This document shows positions 1 to 9,224 of a stretch of DNA of 64,000 bases, in pieces. Each line of letters starts with the position of its first letter. The first letter of the stretch is position 1. Position numbers and translations under genes: made by a program. This stretch comes from an uncultured Bacteroidales bacterium (GTDB taxonomy: Bacteria; Bacteroidota; Bacteroidia; Bacteroidales; Paludibacteraceae): positions 41,378-105,377 of the forward strand of contig CAMUYI010000003.1 in the NCBI GenBank assembly GCA_947164985.1. The letters run 5' to 3'. The notes under the pieces were generated by a model that was not told the DNA's origin, ran no database searches, and was given only the letters and a program-made list of their open reading frames with translations.

Positions 1-750
1 GTCAATCAGGGCGTTGACCATCATATAGGAGTTACCCGTACTGCTATTGGCGCGGTATTTCATCTCAGTTGCTACACCGCATTGATAGATAAGCGTCGCT
101 ACGGCTGTCTGCTGCGCATCCGTGGCGCTGCTCGTGTAACTGTTGAGCATGTTCGTCCAGTCGTAGTAGGTGTTCTCAAAATCAGCACTCAGCGTGATCG
201 AGTCGCCGTTCTCGTTTGCCCACTTATAGGAGTGCGAACCGATACCGTGTGCGGGGTAGTTATGCTTCTTCATGATCTGCGAAGCAGCTACGGCTACGCA
301 ACCGGCGACAACGTGTCCCGACGAAGTGGTAGGGCAGAGGTTGTTATACGGATCTTTCTGACCCCAGAGCGTTTCGCACAAAGGCGCAACCGGCGTAATA
401 GAGCCCGTCTGCTGTGCGCGTGGCGCATAATCTGCCGGCAGGTTACTGATCGTCTCTGCATATGACTCGATCCATGCGCGTGCATTGTCAGGGATATCGC
501 TCTCGTTCCAGTGACCATGGTCGGAATAGCCCAAAACCGTATAGGTACGGTCGTCGGCAGAGATGAGTACAAATCCGCCGTCGTTGGGTTTGTTGAATAC
601 ATAGAAAGCAGGTTGACCGTTTTCCTGCAAGGCGGTATGCACATGCTTTGCACCTCCTGCGATCTGACGTGCCTGTTGCATACTACGGGGCGATGCGAAT
701 AATGTCATCGCAACCCAAACACCCAAAGTAAGTAAGTAAATCTTTTTCAT
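1..750 (-). CDS. Peptidase C10 (streptopain/SpeB-like) cysteine protease, N-terminal 250 codons; the 3' end lies beyond the window start
   Basis: Absent from the ORF track because it runs off the edge. Hand translation from the ATG at 750..748 stays open to base 1. It gives MKKIYLLTLGVWVAMTLFA (signal peptide), then ETLWGQKDPYNNLCP and HVVAGCVAVAASQIMKKHNYP. These are the oxyanion-Gln and catalytic-Cys blocks of C10 peptidases. Confidence 0.8.
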   Translation of the reverse strand, partial: MKKIYLLTLGVWVAMTLFASPRSMQQARQIAGGAKHVHTALQENGQPAFYVFNKPNDGGFVLISADDRTYTVLGYSDHGHWNESDIPDNARAWIESYAETISNLPADYAPRAQQTGSITPVAPLCETLWGQKDPYNNLCPTTSSGHVVAGCVAVAASQIMKKHNYPAHGIGSHSYKWANENGDSITLSADFENTYYDWTNMLNSYTSSATDAQQTAVATLIYQCGVATEMKYRANSSTGNSYMMVNALID

Positions 751-761
751 ATATTATTAAT

Positions 762-1751
762 TTACACATTCATCAGCCGATAGGCTAAATAGCCTGCATA
801 GACGATCAGCAGCACCGCGCCGCTCCAGCGTTGGAGTACACGCTCTTTATCTATACGCAGCGCCAGCCAAACGATGATGCTACCTAACGCCGCCATGAAC
901 GCGTCCAACTCAATTCCTTCGTATGCCGGTAAGGGATGAACCACCGCACTCATGCCGAGCACAAAGAACACATTGAAGATATTACTGCCGAATACATTGC
1001 CGATCGCGATATCGCTATTATGCTTATGCGCTGCGATGACGGACGTCGCCAATTCCGGTAGGGACGTACCCAAGGCGACAATGGTCAGACCGATGATCGC
1101 CTCGCTCACGCCACAACGTGCTGCGATATCGATCGCGCTGTCCACGATCAACTCTCCGCCTATCGTCAGTCCTGCCAAACCGCAGACGATCAACACGATG
1201 GCTTTACCGATCGACATAGGCTTCTCTTGTTCAACCGCTGCCTCTTCCGGTCCTTGCTCTTTAGCGTGACGGAAAGCATCGTAGAGGAAGAAAGCAAAGA
1301 AAGCCAGCAGTAACACACCGCCCATACGACTGATACCGGTTACGTTCTCAAACGGCGCACTGACTGCAACCATCACCAGTACCAGAAATCCGGCGATGAT
1401 AGACAGCGGGATATCGAAGTTACGGCTGTGTTTCTGCGAAGCGATCGGATAGACAAGCGCCGTGAAACCTAAGATGACAAAGGTGTTGATGATGTTCGAG
1501 CCCAAGATATTGGTGATTGCCAGATCGGTCGTACCGTGCGCCACCGACATCATATTCACCACAAATTCCGGCATCGAGGTACCGAACGCTACTACCGTCA
1601 GACCGATGATCAGATCGCTGATGCCGAACCGTTTGGCGATCGCCGAAGCGCCGTCCACTAACCAGTCTGCGCCCTTTACCAGTGCTACAAAGCCGATGAT
1701 GATCAGCACGATCGCCACCCACATGCCATATGCTAAAAGATCTTCAATCAT
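762..1751 (-). CDS. Ca2+/Na+ antiporter, CaCA (YrbG-like) family
   Basis: 329 aa polytopic membrane protein. It has the two alpha-repeat signatures GLTVVAFGTSMPEF and GLTIVALGTSLPEL. Confidence 0.85.
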   Translation of the reverse strand: MIEDLLAYGMWVAIVLIIIGFVALVKGADWLVDGASAIAKRFGISDLIIGLTVVAFGTSMPEFVVNMMSVAHGTTDLAITNILGSNIINTFVILGFTALVYPIASQKHSRNFDIPLSIIAGFLVLVMVAVSAPFENVTGISRMGGVLLLAFFAFFLYDAFRHAKEQGPEEAAVEQEKPMSIGKAIVLIVCGLAGLTIGGELIVDSAIDIAARCGVSEAIIGLTIVALGTSLPELATSVIAAHKHNSDIAIGNVFGSNIFNVFFVLGMSAVVHPLPAYEGIELDAFMAALGSIIVWLALRIDKERVLQRWSGAVLLIVYAGYLAYRLMNV

Positions 1752-1783
1752 AAATCTTCAATCTTCAATTTTCAATCTTCAAT
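1742..1783. repeat. Period-7 tandem array (CTTCAAT-like, about 5 units) spanning the CaCA start codon and the spacer to ychF
   Basis: Read directly: cttcaat 1742-48, 1756-62, 1763-69, tttcaat 1770-76, cttcaat 1777-83. Confidence 0.8.
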
Positions 1784-1794
1784 TGCACTTTTGT

Positions 1795-2901
1795 TCATAC
1801 ATTGAACAAAAAGTGCATAATATCTCCGTCTTGTACCAGATAATCTTTACCTTCGGTAGCCAGTTTACCGGCAGCACGGCATTGTGCTTCTCCGCCCAGC
1901 GCCACGAAGTCTTCGTATTTGATGACCTCGGCACGAATGAAGCCGCGTTCGAAATCCGTATGGATAACTCCGGCGCATTGCGGTGCTTTGTATCCGGCCT
2001 TGAAGGTCCAGGCGCGTACCTCATCGCTACCTGCCGTGAGGAAGGTGCGGAGGTTCAGCAACGCATAGGCGGCTTTGATCAGTCGGTTCACACCCGACTC
2101 CTGCAGACCGATCTCCTCGAGGAACATCAGCCGCTCCTCATAGGTCTCCAGTTCGGCGATCTCGCTCTCTATCTTAGCCGCCAGCACCAGCACTTGTGCG
2201 TCCTCGTCCTTCACGGCTTCTTTGACCTGCTCTACGTACGCATTGCCGGTCACGGCCGCGCTCTCATCTACGTTGCACACGTACATCACGGGTTTGTTCG
2301 TCAGCAGGAAAAGGTCGCGTGCTGCGGCTTCCTGATCTTTGTTATCCAGCTCTACCGTACGGGCGTTCTTACCTTGCGACAGCGCCTCGAGGTATTTCAC
2401 CAATACCTCCAACTGCAACTTGGCATTCTTGTCACCTCCGGCTTTAGCCGCTTTCTCGCATTTCTGAATACGTGCTTCTACCGTCTCCAAGTCCTTCAAC
2501 TGCAACTCTGCATCGATGATCTCTTTGTCGCGCACAGGGTTCACTGTTCCGTCCACATGCACCACGTTCTCATCGTCGAAGCAACGCAGCACATGGATGA
2601 TCGCATCCGTCTCGCGGATGTTGGCGAGGAATTTGTTCCCCAGACCTTCACCCTTGCTGGCACCCTTGACGAGTCCGGCGATATCTACTATCTCCACCGT
2701 CGTCGGTATCACGCCGCGCTCCGGTTTGCACATCTCGCCCAACTTGATCAGTCGCTCGTCCGGCACCGTGATCACACCTACGTTCGGCTCAATCGTGCAG
2801 AACGGAAAATTAGCGCTTTGCGCTTTTGCATTACTCAAACAGTTAAATAAAGTACTCTTGCCCACATTCGGCAACCCTACTATTCCACATTGTAAACTCA
2901 T
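1795..2901 (-). CDS. ychF: Redox-regulated ATPase YchF (Obg-like GTPase family)
   Basis: MSLQCGIVGLPNVGKSTLFN P-loop, 368 aa, typical YchF length, C-terminal TGS-like end ...DGDIMHFLFNV. Confidence 0.95.
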   Translation of the reverse strand: MSLQCGIVGLPNVGKSTLFNCLSNAKAQSANFPFCTIEPNVGVITVPDERLIKLGEMCKPERGVIPTTVEIVDIAGLVKGASKGEGLGNKFLANIRETDAIIHVLRCFDDENVVHVDGTVNPVRDKEIIDAELQLKDLETVEARIQKCEKAAKAGGDKNAKLQLEVLVKYLEALSQGKNARTVELDNKDQEAAARDLFLLTNKPVMYVCNVDESAAVTGNAYVEQVKEAVKDEDAQVLVLAAKIESEIAELETYEERLMFLEEIGLQESGVNRLIKAAYALLNLRTFLTAGSDEVRAWTFKAGYKAPQCAGVIHTDFERGFIRAEVIKYEDFVALGGEAQCRAAGKLATEGKDYLVQDGDIMHFLFNV

Positions 2902-2929
2902 ATCTTGTCTTAAAAAACTTTTGCGACTG

Positions 2930-2961
2930 CAAAAGTACTGCTTTTTTGCGATATGTGCAAA
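2930..2961 (-). promoter_or_regulatory. Bacteroidota-type promoter for ychF (-7 TACTTTTG, -33 TTTG)
   Basis: caaaagta at 2930..2937 is the reverse complement of TAnnTTTG. caaa at 2958..2961 gives the TTTG -33 element about 20 nt upstream. The ychF ATG is at 2901. Confidence 0.6.
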
Positions 2962-3033
2962 TATTTAATGTGGAAAAATTGACGGAAATGCAAAAAAAGC
3001 GTGCGCGCGCTTGTATATATAAAAAAAATATTG

Positions 3034-3041
3034 TAACTTTG
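3034..3041 (+). promoter_or_regulatory. Candidate -7 box (TAACTTTG) for uxaB-uxaA
   Basis: Exact TAnnTTTG match about 70 nt upstream of the uxaB ATG. Confidence 0.5.
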
Positions 3042-3112
3042 CACTCGCTTAAGTTAAGGCGAAACCCTGATGAAGGAAATAACAACAAAAATTCATTTAA
3101 TACTTAAAAACT

Positions 3113-4648
3113 ATGGCAAAAAAAGCATTGAACAAGTGGACAGCGCCGAAGAGCGTTATGCCCGAGAGAATCATCCAGTTTGGTGAGGGTAATTTCCTCC
3201 GTGCATTCGTAGATTGGATCGTATGGAACATGGACGCGAAGACGAACTTCAACGGTTCGGTAGTAGTGGTTCAGCCGATCGAGAAGGGTATGGTAGAGTG
3301 GCTCAACGGTCAGGATTGCTTGTATCACGTGAATCTGCAGGGTCGTCTCAAAGGTGAGGCAGTGAACTCGCTGGAGCGTATCGACGTGATCAGTCGTGCG
3401 CTTAACCCGTACTCGCAGAACTGGGCCTTCATGGCATTGGCAGAGCAGCCGGAGATCCGCTTCGTGATCTCGAACACCACCGAGGCAGGTATCACCTTCG
3501 ACGACACATGTAAGTTCACCGACGCACCGGCAAGTTCCTATCCGGGCAAGCTCGTTCAACTTCTCTTCCGTCGTTACAAAACGTTCAACGGCGATCCGAC
3601 CAAGGGTCTGATCTTCATGCCGTGTGAGTTGATCTTCCTGAACGGTCACCACCTCAAAGATTGCATCCGTAAGTACATCGAGTTGTGGAAAGATGATTTC
3701 GGCGCAGACTATGCCGGCTTCAAGGAGTGGTTCGAGAAATACAACTACGTTTGCGCAACGCTCGTAGACCGTATCGTTCCGGGCTTCCCGCGCAAGGACA
3801 TCGCGGAGATCCAAGAGAAAATAGGTTATAACGACAACCTCGTTGTACAGGCTGAGATCTTCCACCTTTGGGTAATCGAGAAGCCGGAGAATATGAGCAT
3901 CGAAGAGCTCGAGGCTGAGTTCCCGGCAAACAAGGCCGGTTTGAACGTGCTGATCGCAGAGAGCGAGAAGCCGTACCACGAGCGTAAGGTGACCTTGCTG
4001 AACGGTCCGCACACTGTGCTCAGTCCTGTTACTTACCTCAGCGGTGTGAACATCGTTCGTGACGCATGCAACCATGAGGTGCTCGGTAAATATATCCACC
4101 TCGTGATGTTCGATGAGTTGCTCGAGACCCTCAACCTGCCGAAGGACGAACTGAAGGCTTACGGCGAGAGCGTTATGGAGCGTTTCAACAACCCGTACGT
4201 AGATCACGCTGTAACCAGCATCATGCTGAACTCGTTCCCGAAATTTGAGACACGTGACCTGCCGGGTCTGAAGATCTACTTGGAGCGCAAGGGTCAACTG
4301 CCGAAGGGTCTGGTTCTCGGTCTGGCTGCTATCATCGAGTACTACAAGGGTGGTACCCGTGCTGACGGTGCTCCGATCCAACCGAACGACGCACAGGAGA
4401 TCATGGATCTACTCAAGGAGCTCTGGGCTACCGGCGACACGCGCAAGGTGGCAGAAGGTGTACTCGGCGCAACCGACATCATCTGGAAAGAGAGCAAAGA
4501 GGACCTCAATAAGATCCCGGGTCTGACCGATATGGTAGAGCTCTACCTCAACTGCATCGAGAAGATCGGTATGCTGGAGACCGTTCAACTGGTACTCGCA
4601 GCCGACAAAGTAGAAGGCCTTGTTTCGAAAATCAAAAGCTTGTTCTGA
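3113..4648 (+). CDS. uxaB: Tagaturonate reductase (altronate oxidoreductase)
   Basis: PERIIQFGEGNFLRAFVDWIV and the FVISNTTEAGI, LVDRIVPGFPR and KVTLLNGPHT blocks match the UxaB/mannitol dehydrogenase family over the full length. Confidence 0.93.
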   Translation: MAKKALNKWTAPKSVMPERIIQFGEGNFLRAFVDWIVWNMDAKTNFNGSVVVVQPIEKGMVEWLNGQDCLYHVNLQGRLKGEAVNSLERIDVISRALNPYSQNWAFMALAEQPEIRFVISNTTEAGITFDDTCKFTDAPASSYPGKLVQLLFRRYKTFNGDPTKGLIFMPCELIFLNGHHLKDCIRKYIELWKDDFGADYAGFKEWFEKYNYVCATLVDRIVPGFPRKDIAEIQEKIGYNDNLVVQAEIFHLWVIEKPENMSIEELEAEFPANKAGLNVLIAESEKPYHERKVTLLNGPHTVLSPVTYLSGVNIVRDACNHEVLGKYIHLVMFDELLETLNLPKDELKAYGESVMERFNNPYVDHAVTSIMLNSFPKFETRDLPGLKIYLERKGQLPKGLVLGLAAIIEYYKGGTRADGAPIQPNDAQEIMDLLKELWATGDTRKVAEGVLGATDIIWKESKEDLNKIPGLTDMVELYLNCIEKIGMLETVQLVLAADKVEGLVSKIKSLF

Positions 4649-4649
4649 T

Positions 4650-6131
4650 ATGACCAATATCTTAAAGATCAATCCGGCGGATAATGTGGTGGTAGCTATC
4701 CAACCGCAATCCGCCGGTGCGGTTATCGAAGTGGACGGTAAGCAGATCACCGTATTGGAGGATGTACCTGCCGGACATAAGATAGCCATCAAAGACTTAG
4801 CCGAAGGTGAGAACGTGATCAAGTACGGTTTCCCGATCGGTCATGCCCGCGAAGCGAAGAAAGCCGGTAGTTGGATGAATGAGAATAACATCAAGACCAA
4901 CCTCGCCGGACTGCTGGAATATGAATATCATCCGAAGGATGTGGTACTCAATATCCCGGACGAGAAACGTACATTTATGGGGTATCGCCGCAAAGACGGA
5001 CAGGTAGGTATCCGAAATGAAGTATGGATCATCCCGACCGTAGGTTGCGTGAACGGTATCATCGAGAAATGTGCGGAGCGTCTGCGTCAGGAGACCGGTG
5101 CAGAAAATATCTTCGCTTTCAAGCATAACTACGGTTGTTCGCAACTCGGTGACGATCATGAGAATACGAAGAAGATCCTGCGTGACATGATCCATCATCC
5201 GAACGCCGGTGCGATCCTGGTAGTGAGCCTCGGATGCGAGAACAACCAACCGGATGTCTTCAAGGAGTTCTGCGGCGAGATCGACGAGGACCGTGTGAAG
5301 TTCGTCACCACGCAGAAGATCCAGGGCGATGAAGTGGAGTACTGCATGCCGATCTTGCGTGAACTATACACCAAGACGACCCATGACAAACGGGTAGCAG
5401 TGCCGTTGAGTGAACTGCGTGTCGGCCTCAAGTGCGGCGGCAGTGACGGTTTCAGCGGCATCACCGCGAACCCGCTTCTGGGCTGCTTGAGCGACTGGCT
5501 CGTAGCACAAGGCGGTACGACCGTACTGACCGAAGTGCCGGAGATGTTCGGCGCCGAGACCATCCTGATGGATCGTTGTGCGAACAAAGACCTCTTCGAC
5601 CAGACCGTACACCTGATCAATGACTTCAAGGATTATTTCCTCAGTCACGGTGAACCGGTAGGCGAGAACCCGAGTCCGGGTAACAAAGCCGGTGGTATCT
5701 CCACGCTCGAGGACAAAGCACTCGGTTGCACGCAGAAATGCGGTAAATCGCTTGTTCGCGGTGTGATGGCCTATGGTGATCGTCTGCAGGTGAAGGGCCT
5801 CAACCTCTTGTCTGCCCCGGGTAATGACCTCGTGGCTTCGACGGCTCTCGCTTCCTGCGGATGCCATATGGTGCTCTTCACCACCGGTCGCGGTACGCCG
5901 TTCGGAACGTATGTGCCGACGATGAAGATATCTACCAACTCTACCTTGGCGAACAACAAACCGAACTGGATCGATTTCAATGCCGGTGTGATCGCGGAAG
6001 GTGAACCGATGGAAGAGGTGGCAAAACGCTTTGCCGAGTTCGTCATCGAAGTAGCTAACGGCGCCAAGACCAATAACGAGAAGAACGGATACCACGAGAT
6101 ATCCATCTTCAAGAATGGCGTTACGCTCTAA
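4650..6131 (+). CDS. uxaA: Altronate dehydratase
   Basis: GHKIA, VWIIPTVGCVNG, YGCSQLGDDH, LKCGGSDGFSGITANP, TEVPEMFGAE and NPSPGNKAGGISTLEDKALGCTQK all match UxaA. Start reset to the ATG at 4650 (MTNILKINP...), just after the uxaB stop at 4646..4648. The track start at 4620 overlaps uxaB. Confidence 0.93.
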   Translation: MTNILKINPADNVVVAIQPQSAGAVIEVDGKQITVLEDVPAGHKIAIKDLAEGENVIKYGFPIGHAREAKKAGSWMNENNIKTNLAGLLEYEYHPKDVVLNIPDEKRTFMGYRRKDGQVGIRNEVWIIPTVGCVNGIIEKCAERLRQETGAENIFAFKHNYGCSQLGDDHENTKKILRDMIHHPNAGAILVVSLGCENNQPDVFKEFCGEIDEDRVKFVTTQKIQGDEVEYCMPILRELYTKTTHDKRVAVPLSELRVGLKCGGSDGFSGITANPLLGCLSDWLVAQGGTTVLTEVPEMFGAETILMDRCANKDLFDQTVHLINDFKDYFLSHGEPVGENPSPGNKAGGISTLEDKALGCTQKCGKSLVRGVMAYGDRLQVKGLNLLSAPGNDLVASTALASCGCHMVLFTTGRGTPFGTYVPTMKISTNSTLANNKPNWIDFNAGVIAEGEPMEEVAKRFAEFVIEVANGAKTNNEKNGYHEISIFKNGVTL

Positions 6132-6819
6132 CATCCTCTCTCTCTTGTATCCCCGTACATGTCCTATGTGCGGGCGATACTTGAGCGACGAGACGGTGGA
6201 CTTGGAGCATATCGAGTGGATCTGTCCGCGATGCTGGATACGTATGCCCCGTACGGAGCAAGATGTACTGCGGCAGAACGAGACAGAAGAGGCGCTGGCG
6301 GACGAGAAGCGGTTGGACAAAGCCGCCGCATATCTCTTCTACGAGAAAAATCATCCGGTGCAGTACCTCATCCATAAGATGAAATACGCTGACCAACCGG
6401 AGTTGGGTTTCTGGATGGCCAGACAGGCGGTGCTGGACTGCGACAACGAGTCTTTCTTCGAAGATATCGACCTGATCGTTCCCATGCCCCTGCACCCTAA
6501 ACGGCAGCGCGAGAGAGGTTATAACCAATCGGAGTACATCGCCCGAGGGATCAGTGAGATTACGGGCATACCGGTGGATACCACGCATGTTGTACGCGTG
6601 GTCAACACGCCCCAACAGGCCCTGCAAGAAGGGGAAGAACGAAAAAAGAACGTGGCCAATGCGTTTGAGGTGATCAATCCTCGTGAGTTGGCCAATAAAC
6701 ATATTATGGTCGTAGATGACCTGATCACGACAGGCGAGACAATGAAAGCCTGTCTCAAAGCAATGCACTCTATTAGAGGAGTAAAATTTACGGTCTTTGC
6801 GTTATGCAAAGCACGATGA
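6115..6819 (+). CDS. ComF family phosphoribosyltransferase-domain protein
   Basis: N-terminal double CxxC zinc finger (CPMC...CPRC) and a C-terminal PRTase motif IMVVDDLITTGETM. Confidence 0.8.
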   Translation: MALRSNILSLLYPRTCPMCGRYLSDETVDLEHIEWICPRCWIRMPRTEQDVLRQNETEEALADEKRLDKAAAYLFYEKNHPVQYLIHKMKYADQPELGFWMARQAVLDCDNESFFEDIDLIVPMPLHPKRQRERGYNQSEYIARGISEITGIPVDTTHVVRVVNTPQQALQEGEERKKNVANAFEVINPRELANKHIMVVDDLITTGETMKACLKAMHSIRGVKFTVFALCKAR

Positions 6820-6820
6820 T

Positions 6821-8422
6821 ATGACAAGAAAATACGATTTTTTGATTATAGGCGGCGGAGTAGCCGGTATGAGTTTCGCACTCAAAGTGGCGCGGACGGG
6901 TAAGTATAAGATCGCCTTATGTTGTAAGACCACGCTCGAAGAGGCCAACACGGCCAAGGCGCAGGGAGGTATCGCTTCGGTGACTAACCTGATGGTTGAT
7001 GACTTCGAGAAACACATCCATGATACGATGGTAGCAGGAGACTGGCTCAGCGACCCTGCTGCCGTAGAACAAGTGGTGCGGAATGCACCCAAAGGGATCG
7101 AAGAATTAGTCAAGTGGGGCGTTAACTTCGATAAGAAAGAAGACGGACAGTTTGACCTGCACCGCGAGGGCGGTCACTCCGAGTTCCGTATCCTGCACCA
7201 TGCCGATGATACCGGTTTTGAGATCCAACGCGGACTGATGGAAGCCGTTCGGCAGAACCCCCATATTGAGGTACTGGAGAACCATTTCGCGGTAGAGATC
7301 ATCACGCAGCACCACCTCGGTGTACGTGTCACGCGTCGGACACCCGATATCGAGTGCTACGGCGCCTACATCCTCAACCCCAAGACGCAGAAGATAGACA
7401 CCTATCTCAGCCGAATCACCCTCATGGCTACCGGTGGAACGGGTGCTGTCTATGCCACGACGACCAACCCTGAGATAGCTACCGGTGACGGTATCGCTAT
7501 GGTCTATCGTGCCAAAGGAGCGGTCAAGGATATGGAGTTTGTGCAGTTCCACCCGACGAGCCTCTTTAACCCCGCCGAGACCCATCCTGCATACCTCATC
7601 ACCGAAGCCATGCGCGGCTACGGAGGTATCTTACGCCTACCGAACGGCGAGGAGTTCATGCAGAAATACGATCCGCGTCTGAGTCTCGCACCTCGTGATA
7701 TCGTGGCTCGTGCCATCGACAACGAGATGAAGATCCACGCGATCGATCATGTGTGCCTGGATGTGACGCACAAAGATCCGGAAGAGACCAAACACCACTT
7801 CCCCAATATCTACGCTAAGTGCCTGTCGATCGGTATCGATATCACCAAGGAATATATCCCTGTAGCACCTTGTGCGCACTACATGTGCGGTGGTATCAAG
7901 GTGGACTTGGACGGTCAATCGTCCATCAAACGGCTCTACGCAGTAGGCGAGTGTTCGTGTACCGGTCTGCATGGTGGAAACCGTTTGGCCTCTAACTCGC
8001 TTATCGAAGCTGTCGTCTATGCCGATGCCGCTGCCAAGCATAGCTTGAGCGTAGTGGATAACTACGGTTTCAACGATAAGATACCGGCTTGGAACGACGA
8101 AGGTACGCTCTCTAACGAAGAGCGCGTATTGATTGCACAGGACGTTAAAGAGGTGGGTCAGATCATGTCCACTTACGTCGGTATCGTGCGTTCAGACCTC
8201 CGTCTGCGTCGTGCGTGGGAACGTCTGGACCTGCTTTATGAAGAGACCGAAGACCTCTTCAAGCGCGTCAAAGCCGATAAGGAGATTTGTGAGTTGCGTA
8301 ATATGATCAATGTGGGTTATCTCATCACCCGCCAGGCCATGGAGCGCAAAGAGAGCCGCGGACTCCATTACTCCATTGACTATCCGCGCAAAGAATCCGA
8401 GCATCCGCAGGAAGTGTGGTGA
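6821..8422 (+). CDS. nadB: L-aspartate oxidase
   Basis: YDFLIIGGGVAGM FAD fold, RLYAVGECSCTGLHGGNRLASNSLIEAVVY and ESRGLHY blocks. Start reset to the ATG at 6821, directly after the comF stop. Confidence 0.92.
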   Translation: MTRKYDFLIIGGGVAGMSFALKVARTGKYKIALCCKTTLEEANTAKAQGGIASVTNLMVDDFEKHIHDTMVAGDWLSDPAAVEQVVRNAPKGIEELVKWGVNFDKKEDGQFDLHREGGHSEFRILHHADDTGFEIQRGLMEAVRQNPHIEVLENHFAVEIITQHHLGVRVTRRTPDIECYGAYILNPKTQKIDTYLSRITLMATGGTGAVYATTTNPEIATGDGIAMVYRAKGAVKDMEFVQFHPTSLFNPAETHPAYLITEAMRGYGGILRLPNGEEFMQKYDPRLSLAPRDIVARAIDNEMKIHAIDHVCLDVTHKDPEETKHHFPNIYAKCLSIGIDITKEYIPVAPCAHYMCGGIKVDLDGQSSIKRLYAVGECSCTGLHGGNRLASNSLIEAVVYADAAAKHSLSVVDNYGFNDKIPAWNDEGTLSNEERVLIAQDVKEVGQIMSTYVGIVRSDLRLRRAWERLDLLYEETEDLFKRVKADKEICELRNMINVGYLITRQAMERKESRGLHYSIDYPRKESEHPQEVW

Positions 8423-8438
8423 TAAGGGGTTACAGGTT

Positions 8439-9224
8439 ATGGGTTACGGAATAGCGTTACATAGTGTAGTGCCGGTACGGGCTGAGGCTCGGGAAGGAGC
8501 TGAGCAGAACACGCAAATGTTGTTCGGTGAACTCTGTGCGATCCTCGAAGAGCAACCCCGTTGGGTGCGTATTCGACTGGAGTCGGACGGTCAGGAAGGA
8601 TGGGCGGATGCGAAGATGATTTGTCCGATGAAATCGGAGGAATATAAGTCCCACAAGACGGCCTTGAAGACGGCTGCGACGGTAGCCATGCCGATGGCAT
8701 ATGCTGTGAGCGAGAATAACGGACAGACCATACCCCTGACGGCCGGTACCAAACTGACGAACTACCAAGACGGACGCTTCGAGGTCTTAGGCGTCGGTTT
8801 TCGTATTGATCCCTCGATGGTGATCACAAAAAGTCTCGATTTCAACGAACAAAATCTGCTGCAAGCGGTGCGGTTTTTCCTCAATATCCCGTACCTCTGG
8901 GGCGGAAAGAATGCGATGGGTATGGATTGCTCCGGCTTTACGCAAATCGTGATGAGCCTGTTCGGTAAAAACCTGCCACGCAACGCCTCTGAGCAAGTGA
9001 CCTGCGGACGGATGATATCGACGCTCTCCAAAGCAAAGGCCGGTGACCTGGTCTTCTTCGATCATGAGGACGGAAAAATCTCCCATGTCGGTATCGTCAT
9101 TGACCCCGAGCGGGTGATCCATTGTTCGGGACGAGTGAAGGTGGAAAAACTCGATGAAACCGGTGTTTTTAATGCAGAGACCGGTTCGTACTCGCATCAT
9201 TTGGTAACTATTCGAAGAATATGA
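8439..9224 (+). CDS. C40 (NlpC/P60) family peptidase with N-terminal SH3-like domain
   Basis: YLWGGKNAMGMDCSGFTQ (catalytic Cys) and ISHVGIV (His). Start reset to the ATG at 8439 (MGYGIALHSVVPVRAE...). The track ORF is an upstream extension overlapping nadB. Confidence 0.85.
   Translation: MGYGIALHSVVPVRAEAREGAEQNTQMLFGELCAILEEQPRWVRIRLESDGQEGWADAKMICPMKSEEYKSHKTALKTAATVAMPMAYAVSENNGQTIPLTAGTKLTNYQDGRFEVLGVGFRIDPSMVITKSLDFNEQNLLQAVRFFLNIPYLWGGKNAMGMDCSGFTQIVMSLFGKNLPRNASEQVTCGRMISTLSKAKAGDLVFFDHEDGKISHVGIVIDPERVIHCSGRVKVEKLDETGVFNAETGSYSHHLVTIRRI

Noticed and set aside
3104-4381. Very long antisense ORFs opposite well-supported genes. Examples: 3104..4381 vs uxaB, 28335..29855 vs uxaC, 33732..34910 vs kdgK, 1462..2850 vs ychF, 54134..55429 vs rnfC, 57403..58776 vs ftsK, 41243..42250 vs the M49 peptidase, 5364..6320 vs uxaA, 45171..46172 vs the LRR gene.
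   Set aside because: Their translations are low-complexity (rich in R, H, V, L, T, D) with no recognisable motifs. The opposite strand in each case encodes a protein with full-length family signatures. Long stop-free antisense frames are an expected by-product of strong codon bias.
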